A stretch of 64,000 nt of DNA from an uncultured Gemmatimonadales bacterium. Its GTDB lineage: Bacteria; Gemmatimonadota; Gemmatimonadetes; Gemmatimonadales; GWC2-71-9. Positions 9,769 to 18,505 of the stretch are shown here, one piece after another. The stretch spans positions 896,001 through 960,000 of the forward strand of contig CAVOGR010000001.1 in NCBI GenBank assembly GCA_963695555.1, read 5' to 3'. The notes below the pieces were generated by a model that did no database searches, was not told the origin of the DNA, and saw only the letters and a list, made by a program, of their open reading frames with translations. Made by a program: the position numbers and the translations under genes. How positions within the stretch are numbered: position 1 is the first letter of the stretch; each line of letters opens with the position of its first letter.

Positions 9769-11274
9769 GTGACCCGCCCCTGGGCGTTGGTCCTGCTGGG
9801 GGCTGCGCTTACCGTGCTCGCGTACCCGCCGTTTCATCTGTTCGTTCCCTCGTTCATCGTGTTGGTACCGCTCTATTGGCTGCTCGATCAGGCGGCCCGT
9901 GACGCGCGTCCCGCGCGCGCAGGATGGTACGGCCTCGCTGCCGGCCTCGCCGCGAATGGAGCGCTTTACTGGTGGATGCCGGCCGCCCTTCGCCCGTACA
10001 CGGCTCATTCCGCACTGGCGTACGGGCTGGCCGTGGTCCTGCTCTCGCTCTACTGGGGGCTCTTCGGTTGGTGGGTGGTGCGCACCTGGATTGGACTGCC
10101 CCGAGTGCCTCGCTGGTTGGTATTCGCAGCGGGATGGACCACGATGGAATGGCTGTTCGGTCATCACGGGGCTATTGCATTTCCCTGGCTCGGACTGGGA
10201 ACCTCGCTGACCGGTTTTCCCGCCGTGGTCCAATGGGCCGATGTGGCGGGAGCCCGAGGCGTCACGTTTTGGCTCGCTGCGGCGAACGCGCTCGTGGCCG
10301 TCGCTCTCACTTCACCGGCGCAGTGTAGGCGTTCCGCGCTGGCTGTTATCGGCTCCATATTCCTGGCGTTTGGTTACGGCGCGCTCCGCACGCGATCACT
10401 CGAGACGCACGGGGCGGGGCGTGTGCTGCTGGTACAGTCGAATGAGAAACTCGCGGTTCAGCGGGATACCGCCGAGTGGAGCGCATCCGTGGCCGCTCTG
10501 GCCGATCGGACCGAGCGGGCCGTGGCCGCGTTGCGACCAGATCTGGTGCTCTGGCCCGAGGCGGCGCTACAACGAGGCTCGACCGAAGACCTCGAGGTGG
10601 TACAGGATGTGGCTCGTCGGGTAAACGTATCCATGGTCGTCGGGGCGCTCGAGCGCATCCCTGGCCACGAACTCAGTGGGCGGCTCTACAACAGTGCCGT
10701 CCTGATCGATCCGGGCAGCCACCTCGGCGGACCCATCTATCGAAAACGGCACCTGGTTCCCGTTGCGGAACGCGGTGCGATTCAGCCCGGGGCAGACGGT
10801 GTCATCATGCGCCTTCCCACCGGTACGGCTGCCGGTGTTGTGATCTGCTATGAGGTGGCCTTTGAGGGTTTGGCCCGGGCCTATCGACGCCGGCAGGCGG
10901 ACGTGTTGCTCAATCTTTCGAACGATGCGTGGGCCGGGCGCACCAACGCCCGCTCTCAGCACACAGCACATCTCGTGATGCGTGCCATCGAAACGCGCAT
11001 GGGTGTGGCCCGTGTGGCGAACACTGGACCGTCGCTGGTGGTCGACCCGCTGGGTCGGGTGACCGCTCGCACGTCGAGCGATGTAGCGACCAGTCTAACC
11101 GCGGAGCTCGCAACATCGACGGTGACACCGTGGTACGTGCGAATGGGAGATTGGGTGGCGCTCGCGGCTGGTGCCGTCGTGCTCGGGCTTACGGGAGTGC
11201 TCGTGCTTTCTTCCAGACTTGGTCGCCCTGATGTGCGAGGCGAATCGTTGCCTCGGGGCCCGGCGCATACGTGA
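9769..11274 (+). CDS. lnt: Apolipoprotein N-acyltransferase
   Basis: N-terminal TMs, FPWLGLG, nitrilase triad WPEAA / YRKRHLVP / ICYE, SNDAW, RAIETR, NTGPS. Confidence 0.88.
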   Translation: MTRPWALVLLGAALTVLAYPPFHLFVPSFIVLVPLYWLLDQAARDARPARAGWYGLAAGLAANGALYWWMPAALRPYTAHSALAYGLAVVLLSLYWGLFGWWVVRTWIGLPRVPRWLVFAAGWTTMEWLFGHHGAIAFPWLGLGTSLTGFPAVVQWADVAGARGVTFWLAAANALVAVALTSPAQCRRSALAVIGSIFLAFGYGALRTRSLETHGAGRVLLVQSNEKLAVQRDTAEWSASVAALADRTERAVAALRPDLVLWPEAALQRGSTEDLEVVQDVARRVNVSMVVGALERIPGHELSGRLYNSAVLIDPGSHLGGPIYRKRHLVPVAERGAIQPGADGVIMRLPTGTAAGVVICYEVAFEGLARAYRRRQADVLLNLSNDAWAGRTNARSQHTAHLVMRAIETRMGVARVANTGPSLVVDPLGRVTARTSSDVATSLTAELATSTVTPWYVRMGDWVALAAGAVVLGLTGVLVLSSRLGRPDVRGESLPRGPAHT

Positions 11275-11677
11275 AGACGAACTCGAAGGGCTTACCACGG
11301 TTCACATATTCGACCAAGTAGCGGGTGTGCATCCCGTCGTCCTCGGACAGAACGCGGCGGATCGGGTGGATCGAGTACTCGTAGGGTCCGTCTCCCGTTC
11401 GGAAGAGGAGGGTGCGCTCCTCGATCTCGAACGGCCGGCCCGCGTAGGCCGGGGCATCCGATTCCCACACCCCGATCAGCGCTTCCGGGATGTCCTCCGT
11501 CGGCGGTGGCATGAGCCTGAACGCCGCGACGGCCATCGCCACCACTGCTGCCGCGATGATGAGCACTCGGCCGCGCGACGTAGTGCTCGGCCTCACAGTT
11601 GCCGCGGGTCTGTCGACAGGACGCACTGGATCGTTCCGGCGCATGGCCTCGGCACCGGCCTTATCTGATGCCGTCAT
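11189..11677 (-). CDS. Hypothetical single-TM protein with small extracytoplasmic beta-rich domain
   Basis: ATG at 11677 overlaps the HD-GYP stop and follows GAAGG; TM segment LIIAAAVVAMAVAAF; LIGVW motif. Confidence 0.6.
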   Translation of the reverse strand: MTASDKAGAEAMRRNDPVRPVDRPAATVRPSTTSRGRVLIIAAAVVAMAVAAFRLMPPPTEDIPEALIGVWESDAPAYAGRPFEIEERTLLFRTGDGPYEYSIHPIRRVLSEDDGMHTRYLVEYVNRGKPFEFVFTYAPGPEATIRLAHQGDQVWKKARALP

Positions 11678-13866
11678 GACACCGCCTTCTTCGGTGCCGT
11701 GACCCGGTCGGATGCAGGGGAGGAGCCCACGATCTTCAATCCAGGGGATCCGGTCTGGCGTCGCACCAGGGCCTCCACCTGGGCCTCGTCCTTCATGATG
11801 GCGATGAATGCGGCGGCCATTGCCGGATCGAATTGGGTGGCAGCGCAGTGGTCGATGTAGTCGATTGCCTCCCGGTGGGTCCAGCCCGCGCGGTACGGTC
11901 GATTGGACGTTAGAGCATCGTACACGTCCGCCACGGCTAGGAGCCGGGCCATGAACGGGATGTCTTCGCCCGCTAAGCCGTCGGGGTAGCCCGCACCGTC
12001 GAACCATTCGTGATGGTTCCGCACGATTGGAATCGCCGGGGCGAAAGCCGCAATCGGTGCCAGGATCCGGGCTCCCACTGTAGTGTGCTCCTGGACGATG
12101 CGCCGCTCCTCCTCGGTGAGCGGAGCGGGCTTGTTCAAGATGCTGGTGGGAATCCCGATCTTGCCGATGTCGTGCAGCAGCGCGCCACGGTGAAGCATAT
12201 CGAGTTCGCGCGGCGTCAGGGCCAACTCGCCGCCCAACCGGACGGCGAGCGCGCTGACCCGCTCCGAATGCCCGGCTGTCCACGGCGAGTTCGCGTCGAT
12301 GGTTCGGGCCAGGGCGGAGAGGGTGCCCCAGCTCAACTGATCGAGGTCCTCCACCAGGCGGGTGTTGGAGAGGGCCACCGCCACCTGATCGGCCAAGCGG
12401 CGGGCTTGAAGCAGGTCCTCCCGGTCTACGGTGGGGGCGTTGTAGTAGTCGAGAGTGATGATGCCTGTCAGCCTGCCCACTTGGAGCAGGGGGAGGGCGA
12501 TGGAGCAGGTGCGCCGGCTCGCGACTTCCTTGGCGTCGTTAAGGTAAGCCCTGAGCCCCATGTGCCGGCCCAGGATCAGATGGTCCTCGCTCTCTTCGAG
12601 TTCCCGTATTTCCTCAGTGGTCAGGTGGATGTCCCGGGTAATGCGGTAACGCTCGACGATTGCCACAGCCACGTACTTCCACGGGTCCCCGTCTCGTGCC
12701 GGGCCGACCGTGATGCTCATCGCGTCACAAGGCATCACTTCGCCGAAGCGCGACAGAACCGAATCGATGATCGCCTCGGCGTCGAGCGACGAGAGTACGG
12801 CCTGGTCGATTTGGTTGATGACGGTGAGAGTGTTGAACTGCTTGCCCAGGGTTCGGCTCATGGCGTTGAACGAAGCGGCCAAGTCTTCGAACTCGTCGCG
12901 GCTCGTGACCTCGACCGGGACATCGAACTCGCTCGCGGCGATCCGCTTGGTGCCCTCTTGGAGCTTGAGCAGCGGGTCCATGCTGCGTCGGATCTGGACG
13001 TTGCTGAGCAGAAAGACGGCCGCCAGCGTCAGGACCAGGATCAGGGGGAAGGTGCGCCTGAAGTTGGCCATCGGTGCGAGCGCGAGGGCGCTCGGTTCGC
13101 TCGATACGACCGTCCAGCTGGGTGTCCTGTACTCGTAGCTCAAGAAGATCGGCCAGTACCCTGCCAGGAAGCGCTCCTTTTCGTGGAGCCATTCGAAGGT
13201 GCCACCAGTGCTCGGGTCCTGATCGCGTAATGAACTCCGCATTCCCCGCGTGTATCGAGGACTGGAGCAGTAGAGCGTGCTTGCTCCCGTGAGCACGCAG
13301 GTGTGTGCATCGGGATCGACCAGGTCGGGTCGCCACAGATAGGCCGGCTCGACCTCTCCCCAGAGGACGCCTCGGGTCAGGTTGCCCGGGTCCACCGCCA
13401 CCCCGAGCAGGAGGGTGCGCGTGGGACGGTCCTCCTTGAGCAGCGCCTTGCCGGCTGCGAGGTGGATGCTGTCGACTGCTGACATGGCGGTCGGCGGGTG
13501 TGCTACGATCCTGCCGCCGAGCGGGACGGCACCGGCAGCCGTTTCGAGGACGAGGCTCCGGAATCGGGACCTGAGGGCCGCCAGGGTCTCCCATGGCCTG
13601 GCGGCCTCAAGTCGCGGGTAGGCCGTGATCGCTTCGTTGGCTGTTCTGAGTTCGGTTTCCAGAAAATGCAGCCGCTCGATGATCGCCATGCCCTGGGCCT
13701 TGCTGGCCTGAAACGCGCGGGCGCGGCTCTGATCCTCGAGCTGACCGCCGACCCGCTGATAGGCGATGAAACCAACCACCGCGACCGGGACCAGGGCCCC
13801 CAGCATGAAGAGCCCGAGAATGCGGCGCGCCACGCGCGTGCGAAGGAAGGTGGTGGTGCGTAGCAT
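11674..13866 (-). CDS. Membrane sensor HD-GYP phosphodiesterase (2 TM + periplasmic domain + HAMP + GAF + HD-GYP)
   Basis: HAMP (PLLKL..G.KRIA..EFD...DEFEDLAASFNAM), GAF, GHSERV, LHDIGK, HHEWFDGAGYPDGL, DVYDALTSNRPYR; ATG at 13866. Confidence 0.9.
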   Translation of the reverse strand: MLRTTTFLRTRVARRILGLFMLGALVPVAVVGFIAYQRVGGQLEDQSRARAFQASKAQGMAIIERLHFLETELRTANEAITAYPRLEAARPWETLAALRSRFRSLVLETAAGAVPLGGRIVAHPPTAMSAVDSIHLAAGKALLKEDRPTRTLLLGVAVDPGNLTRGVLWGEVEPAYLWRPDLVDPDAHTCVLTGASTLYCSSPRYTRGMRSSLRDQDPSTGGTFEWLHEKERFLAGYWPIFLSYEYRTPSWTVVSSEPSALALAPMANFRRTFPLILVLTLAAVFLLSNVQIRRSMDPLLKLQEGTKRIAASEFDVPVEVTSRDEFEDLAASFNAMSRTLGKQFNTLTVINQIDQAVLSSLDAEAIIDSVLSRFGEVMPCDAMSITVGPARDGDPWKYVAVAIVERYRITRDIHLTTEEIRELEESEDHLILGRHMGLRAYLNDAKEVASRRTCSIALPLLQVGRLTGIITLDYYNAPTVDREDLLQARRLADQVAVALSNTRLVEDLDQLSWGTLSALARTIDANSPWTAGHSERVSALAVRLGGELALTPRELDMLHRGALLHDIGKIGIPTSILNKPAPLTEEERRIVQEHTTVGARILAPIAAFAPAIPIVRNHHEWFDGAGYPDGLAGEDIPFMARLLAVADVYDALTSNRPYRAGWTHREAIDYIDHCAATQFDPAMAAAFIAIMKDEAQVEALVRRQTGSPGLKIVGSSPASDRVTAPKKAVS

Positions 13867-13870
13867 GGCG

Positions 13871-14401
13871 TCAGTACTTCCAGCCGAGGCCGATGAACTC
13901 GCCGTCGCGGGCCACGATGATGTCGTTGCGGCCCTTCTCGGACGTGAGCGACGGGACAGTGGCCCCGTCTTCGCCCATGCTGTAAAGATCGAAGTAGGTG
14001 TTGATCGGCACGTTGAACCGATCCCTGCGTGAGCCCTGGGGGATGCCGCGCGCATTTACCGGGACTGTCGCGAAGCTCAGGTACTTGTAGGGATTGCCCC
14101 ACGGATCGAGCAGCGTGCCGCGGCTGATGCCGGCCAGCGAGGTGGGAAAGGCGCCGTTGGCAGCATGGAATCCGAGGAGCTCGGAGGTCAGGTTTTCGAG
14201 CTCACCGATTGCCCGGACGTTTCGCGCGCGGGTCACATTGTCCAGGTACTTGGGGTAGCCCAGCGCCACCGCGATGCCCAGGATGATGACCACCGACATC
14301 AACTCGATGATGGTAAAGGCCCGGCGCCGGTTGTGAGGCGCCCAAATCCAGCAGGGCGACCTCACCCGAGAGCCCCTTCGGATGTCAGGCTGGTGGTCCA
14401 T
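13871..14401 (-). CDS. Prepilin-type (GspG-like pseudopilin) protein
   Basis: RRRA|FTIIELMSVVIILG class III signal with Glu+5; LDPWGNPY and FDLYSMGEDG motifs; start codon uncertain. Confidence 0.85.
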   Translation of the reverse strand: MDHQPDIRRGSRVRSPCWIWAPHNRRRAFTIIELMSVVIILGIAVALGYPKYLDNVTRARNVRAIGELENLTSELLGFHAANGAFPTSLAGISRGTLLDPWGNPYKYLSFATVPVNARGIPQGSRRDRFNVPINTYFDLYSMGEDGATVPSLTSEKGRNDIIVARDGEFIGLGWKY

Positions 14402-14520
14402 CCGGCTCGGCCGGCGGGCTTCGAATGAGCTGTTGCCAATGCGGGTCCCCGGGCGCTGGGTCGACACGTGCGACGTCGCTGTCAACCGCGTCTATTCCGT
14501 TGGTTGTCAACGGGTTAGTT

Positions 14521-14536
14521 AGCAAAATCGGTGCCG
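14521..14536 (-). promoter_or_regulatory. Putative sigma54 -24/-12 promoter of the pilin-HD-GYP operon
   Basis: Minus strand reads CGGCAC-CGATT-TTGCT, matching TGGCAC-N5-TTGCW with exact GG-N10-GC spacing, 120 nt upstream of the pilin ATG. Confidence 0.65.
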
Positions 14537-14652
14537 GTCGGGACCTCGATGGCAGGTAACGACTTACGGGGTCAAATGGAGGCTGTTCGACTACTGGTCC
14601 GTGCAATCCGCGAATCGGTTGGGCGCTGGAAGACTCTCTCATTCGCCAGGTG

Positions 14653-14696
14653 AAAACCCAGCGCGCCGGACCCCTATAAGGAGTCCGGCGCGCTGG
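14653..14696 (-). terminator. Intrinsic terminator downstream of the Crp operon
   Basis: Perfect 14-bp stem CCAGCGCGCCGGAC/GTCCGGCGCGCTGG followed on the minus strand by GTTTTC. Confidence 0.75.
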
Positions 14697-14717
14697 CCGG
14701 TGATTCTCAGTCGAGTT

Positions 14718-15407
14718 TCAGGATCGGGCCTTCCTAAGTCCCTCCTTCGCCTCGGTGTAGTCGGGGAACAGCGTGATCGCCCGCTGGTAGAACTCGGCGG
14801 CCTTGGCCGTGTCGCCACGATCGTGGTAGAGCAGGGCCCGGCTATACGCCGTGAGGGCCTCGGTAGGCAGCGCGCGGACCGCCCCGCCGCCCGCCCCGCC
14901 CGGCACTCCCGTCTTGGTCAGAATACCTGCCGCCAGATCTCGCAGCAGGCCGTACAGCGCTTGCCGGTCGGCCGGGCCGGCCTGGACGACCGTGAGGATC
15001 TCACCGGTCTCGACGTCCACGATCCGGGCATCGATCCTGAAATTGCCGTAGTAATCGATGAACGTTCCCATGATTGCGTACCGCGCGCCCACCTGCGATC
15101 CGATCCGCGCGGCCGTCGCCGCATCGACCCGGCCCGACTCCTCGAGATTCGACTGATCGAGGAGTCGCTGGGTTTCGGTTCGCTCGACCACCCGCACCGA
15201 TGTATTCCGGCCGAGCTCGGCGATGAGGGTAGCCGGGATGCCACGCTCCAGCGCGGCGAAGATCTCCTTGTCCTGCCCGTAGGACCCGCCATTGGAGAAG
15301 GGAAGCACCGCGAAGCCGGGGCGCGCGTCTTGGGCTGCTAGCGGTGCCGCCATGACGGCGAGTGGGGCCAGAATGCCCAGAACGGCTTGCGAAAGGCGCC
15401 GATTCAT
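14718..15407 (-). CDS. Exported CsgG/TolB-N-like domain protein with C-terminal TPR
   Basis: Signal peptide (LAAQ); FAVLPFSN, RVVER, VDAATAARIG..VGA, IDARIVDVETGEI; TPR ending (AITLFPDYTEA). Confidence 0.75.
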   Translation of the reverse strand: MNRRLSQAVLGILAPLAVMAAPLAAQDARPGFAVLPFSNGGSYGQDKEIFAALERGIPATLIAELGRNTSVRVVERTETQRLLDQSNLEESGRVDAATAARIGSQVGARYAIMGTFIDYYGNFRIDARIVDVETGEILTVVQAGPADRQALYGLLRDLAAGILTKTGVPGGAGGGAVRALPTEALTAYSRALLYHDRGDTAKAAEFYQRAITLFPDYTEAKEGLRKARS

Positions 15408-15423
15408 GTCTGCTCGCTCCTCG

Positions 15424-16314
15424 TCAGAGGGTGAGGGTTGCGCCTTCCTGCGCGGCGCCGACGCTGAGACCCGTGCCGGCGCGCCGTGCGTGCGATTGCG
15501 CGTCGGTGAGCAAGCGATCAATGGCGTCGTCGTCGTTGGCCGGCTCGTGGTGAAACAGCACCAGGCGCGGGACACCGGATTCGATCGCGAGCTCCACTGC
15601 CTGCCGGGGTGTCGAATGGCCCCAGCCATGACGAGCGCGGATCGATTCCTCCGTGAACATGCCGTCGTGGATGAGGGTCTCCACCCCGTGGAGAAACTTA
15701 ACCAGGCGGGCCCGCCAGTCGGCGGGCACGTCATAATCACCTCCTTGGCCCAGCTCGTTGTCGGTCACATAGGCCAGGGTGCCGCCCCCGTTGGCGGAGA
15801 TGAGCTTGTACCCCAGCGTCACCCCCGGATGGCGCAGCCGGATGGCCTCGACCCGAACCGGGCCGATCGCAAAGGCGCCCTCGGTAACCTCCGTGATGCG
15901 GATGTCCGCGGCGAGCTTCTGCATGGGCACGGGGAAGACGACCGGCGCCATCTGCCAGTTCAGAATCTCCTCGAGCGCGACCGTGCCCTGTCGAGCCCCG
16001 TAGATCCGGACGGTACGGTCGGCATGATGGAGCGGCTCGAAGAACGGCAGACCTTGGATGTGATCCCAGTGCGTGTGGGACAGCAGGATGTCGACCCGAT
16101 GCGGGCGCGAGCCCCGATGCACGAGATCCTGACCCAGCGCCCGGATGCCGGTGCCGGCGTCGAGCACCACCAGGTGGTCGTTGCCAAACCCGACGGCAAC
16201 GCACGCCGTGTTTCCGCCATAGCGCGTGGTCGTCGGTCCCGGGGTCGGGATCGATCCGCGGGTGCCCCAGAATGTGAGCGTGGTTGTCACAGGAGCGGGA
16301 GCCTCATGCTCCAA
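15424..16314 (-). CDS. MBL-fold metallo-hydrolase (possible cyclic-nucleotide phosphodiesterase); start may be GTG at 16290
   Basis: FWGTRGSIP, YGGNT, LDAGTG, SHTHWDHIQG, HPG, TDNE, WGHS, LFHHEP. Confidence 0.85.
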   Translation of the reverse strand: MEHEAPAPVTTTLTFWGTRGSIPTPGPTTTRYGGNTACVAVGFGNDHLVVLDAGTGIRALGQDLVHRGSRPHRVDILLSHTHWDHIQGLPFFEPLHHADRTVRIYGARQGTVALEEILNWQMAPVVFPVPMQKLAADIRITEVTEGAFAIGPVRVEAIRLRHPGVTLGYKLISANGGGTLAYVTDNELGQGGDYDVPADWRARLVKFLHGVETLIHDGMFTEESIRARHGWGHSTPRQAVELAIESGVPRLVLFHHEPANDDDAIDRLLTDAQSHARRAGTGLSVGAAQEGATLTL

Positions 16315-16362
16315 TATCGAGCGCGGAGAACGAGGAAGCGCGAGCGATGGTCACGCCGGGCT

Positions 16363-16378
16363 CGTGACCGCGGTCACG
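16363..16378. promoter_or_regulatory. CRP-box-like perfect palindrome
   Basis: CGTGA-CCGCGG-TCACG versus consensus TGTGA-N6-TCACA; overlaps the crp stop, upstream of the MBL gene. Confidence 0.45.
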
Positions 16379-17057
16379 CGTGCTGGGCTGCGGCTGCGAG
16401 TGAGGCGCGATCTTGGAGGATGATCTCCTTCCGGTTCACCTCGATGACGCCGCGCTGCACCAGGTTCCGCATGGTCCGGGAGACGGTCTCCCGACTCGAC
16501 CCGATCATTTGGGCGATCGTGTGGTGGGTGAGACGCCGGGTGATGCGGTCTCCACCCTCCTCCTTCGCGAGCTGCAGGAGGAGATTGGCCACGCGGCCGT
16601 TCACGTCCAACAGGACCAGGCTGCCGATCTTTTGGTCGGCACTTCGGAGTCGGCGGGAGAGCTCACGGAGGAGCGAAATCGCCACCTCGGGCGACGTGCG
16701 GAGTTGGGCCTGGAAGTCCTCCCGCCTGAGCACCAACAGGGCCGAATCCTCCATGGCGATGACGTGGGCCGACCTCGGTTCGTCGTCGAGCAGCGCCATC
16801 TCACCGAAAAAGCTTCCTTCCTGGAGCACTGAGAGGATCACCTCACGCCCATCCTCGCCGATCAACACCACCTTGACCTGGCCCGATGCCACCAGGAACA
16901 TCGAGTCGCCTCGGTCGTCGGCAAAGACGATGATACTGCCCTTGGGATAGGTCCGCTCCCTGGTCAGGGCCGCGAACCGGGCGAGGGCATCGGGCGGCAT
17001 GTCCCGGAACAGCGGGACCTTCCGGAGCACATCTACAGGCGATTGCTGCACGGCCAC
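16374..17057 (-). CDS. Crp/Fnr family transcriptional regulator (cAMP-binding type)
   Basis: FFGEMAL...PRSA cNMP cassette; HTH IAQMIGSSRETVSR. Confidence 0.92.
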   Translation of the reverse strand: MAVQQSPVDVLRKVPLFRDMPPDALARFAALTRERTYPKGSIIVFADDRGDSMFLVASGQVKVVLIGEDGREVILSVLQEGSFFGEMALLDDEPRSAHVIAMEDSALLVLRREDFQAQLRTSPEVAISLLRELSRRLRSADQKIGSLVLLDVNGRVANLLLQLAKEEGGDRITRRLTHHTIAQMIGSSRETVSRTMRNLVQRGVIEVNRKEIILQDRASLAAAAQHA

Positions 17058-17218
17058 CTCAGGCGGAGGGAGGGAGTCGGAGGCAAGGTTAGCGGAAGCA
17101 GAGGGGACGTGTCAATTCAGCCCTTCCGGACGAGACTCAAGTCTTCTAAATTTTTGGGCTTACGGCAAGTCCGCCTGCCCCCCTGTGGCGGACCCCTGGA
17201 ACCGCGAGGAGTCGAGCA

Positions 17219-17443
17219 GTGAAGGCCAATCTCCACCCAATCTACCGCAAGGTCACGGCCGTCTGTGCCTGTGGCAACACATTCGAAACCCGGAGCACCC
17301 AGGACAACATCCACGTCGAGGTGTGCGCCCACTGCCACCCGTACTTCACCGGCAAGCAGCGGTTGGTCGATACCGCCGGTCGGGTCGATCGGTTCCGCCG
17401 CAAGTACCAAGGCGTTTCGGGGGCGGACTCGGGCCAGGACTGA
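17219..17443 (+). CDS. rpmE: 50S ribosomal protein L31 (Zn-binding type)
   Basis: [32 protein letters not shown]. Confidence 0.95.
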   Translation: MKANLHPIYRKVTAVCACGNTFETRSTQDNIHVEVCAHCHPYFTGKQRLVDTAGRVDRFRRKYQGVSGADSGQD

Positions 17444-17446
17444 TTT

Positions 17447-18505
17447 ATGGACCCCCGACTCCGCCAGGCGCTGGACCGGGCGGAGGAGATCGCTCGAGAG
17501 CTCGCCGATCCCACGACAATCCGGAACCATCAGCGGCTGAGGACCCTCGGCCGCGAGCGTACCAAGCTCGCGCCGGTCGTTGAGGCTGCGGAGCGGCTCG
17601 AGCGATTGACCGCGGAGTTGTCCGAGGCGCGGGAACTTCTCGACGCGCCCGACCCGGAGCTGGCGCAGATGGCTGGAGCCGAGGTCGCCCGGCTCACCGG
17701 GGACATCGAGGCGCTCGACGCAGAGCTCCGCGAGCTCCTCGTTCCCCGCGACCCGCACGATGAGCGGGACGCGATCGTCGAAATCCGGGCCGGCACCGGC
17801 GGCGACGAGGCTGCCCTCTTTTCAGCCGATCTCCACCGCATGTACACCAGGTTCTGTGAGCGGAACGGCCTTACCGTCGAGCCGATCTCGGCGAGTGAGG
17901 GCACTGCCGGGGGCCTCAAGGAAGTGATCTTCGCGGTACGCGGTGAGGGCGCCTACGGCTTGCTGCGCCGTGAGGCCGGAGTGCATCGGGTCCAGCGCGT
18001 GCCCACGACCGAGACCCAGGGCCGCATCCACACCTCGGCCGCGAGTGTCGCGGTTCTGCCCGAGGCCGAGGAGGTGGACGTCGAAATCGAGCCCCAGGAC
18101 TTGAAGATCGATGTGTACCGTTCCTCGGGCCCCGGCGGACAAAGCGTCAACACGACCGACAGCGCGGTGCGCATTACCCACCTGCCGACCGGGCTCGTCG
18201 TGACCCAGCAGGACCAGAAGAGCCAGCTTCAGAACAAGCTCAAGGCCATGGAAGTGTTGCGGGCGCGGCTGTTGGACCGGATGATTGCCGAACAGGAAGC
18301 GGCCCGGTCCCGCGAGCGGCGCACCATGGTGGGTACGGGAGACCGGTCCGCCAAGATCCGCACGTACAATTACCCTCAGAGTCGGGTGACCGATCATCGC
18401 ATTGGATTCTCGGTGCATAACCTGCCGGGAGTGATGAATGGAGACCTCGACGAGATCGTGGATGCGCTGAGGCTCGCGAGCCGGGAGGAGTCGGCCGTTG
18501 CGTGA
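17447..18505 (+). CDS. prfA: Peptide chain release factor 1
   Basis: GTGGDEA, HRVQRVPTTE (PxT motif), GPGGQSVN, RTYNYPQ. Confidence 0.96.
   Translation: MDPRLRQALDRAEEIARELADPTTIRNHQRLRTLGRERTKLAPVVEAAERLERLTAELSEARELLDAPDPELAQMAGAEVARLTGDIEALDAELRELLVPRDPHDERDAIVEIRAGTGGDEAALFSADLHRMYTRFCERNGLTVEPISASEGTAGGLKEVIFAVRGEGAYGLLRREAGVHRVQRVPTTETQGRIHTSAASVAVLPEAEEVDVEIEPQDLKIDVYRSSGPGGQSVNTTDSAVRITHLPTGLVVTQQDQKSQLQNKLKAMEVLRARLLDRMIAEQEAARSRERRTMVGTGDRSAKIRTYNYPQSRVTDHRIGFSVHNLPGVMNGDLDEIVDALRLASREESAVA

Noticed and set aside
13871..14401. Type II secretion or type IV pilus locus
   Set aside because: No ATPase, platform, secretin or other pilins in the window
15292..16950. 552-aa plus-strand ORF
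   Set aside because: Antisense shadow of the Crp and MBL genes; no motifs; expected in high-GC DNA
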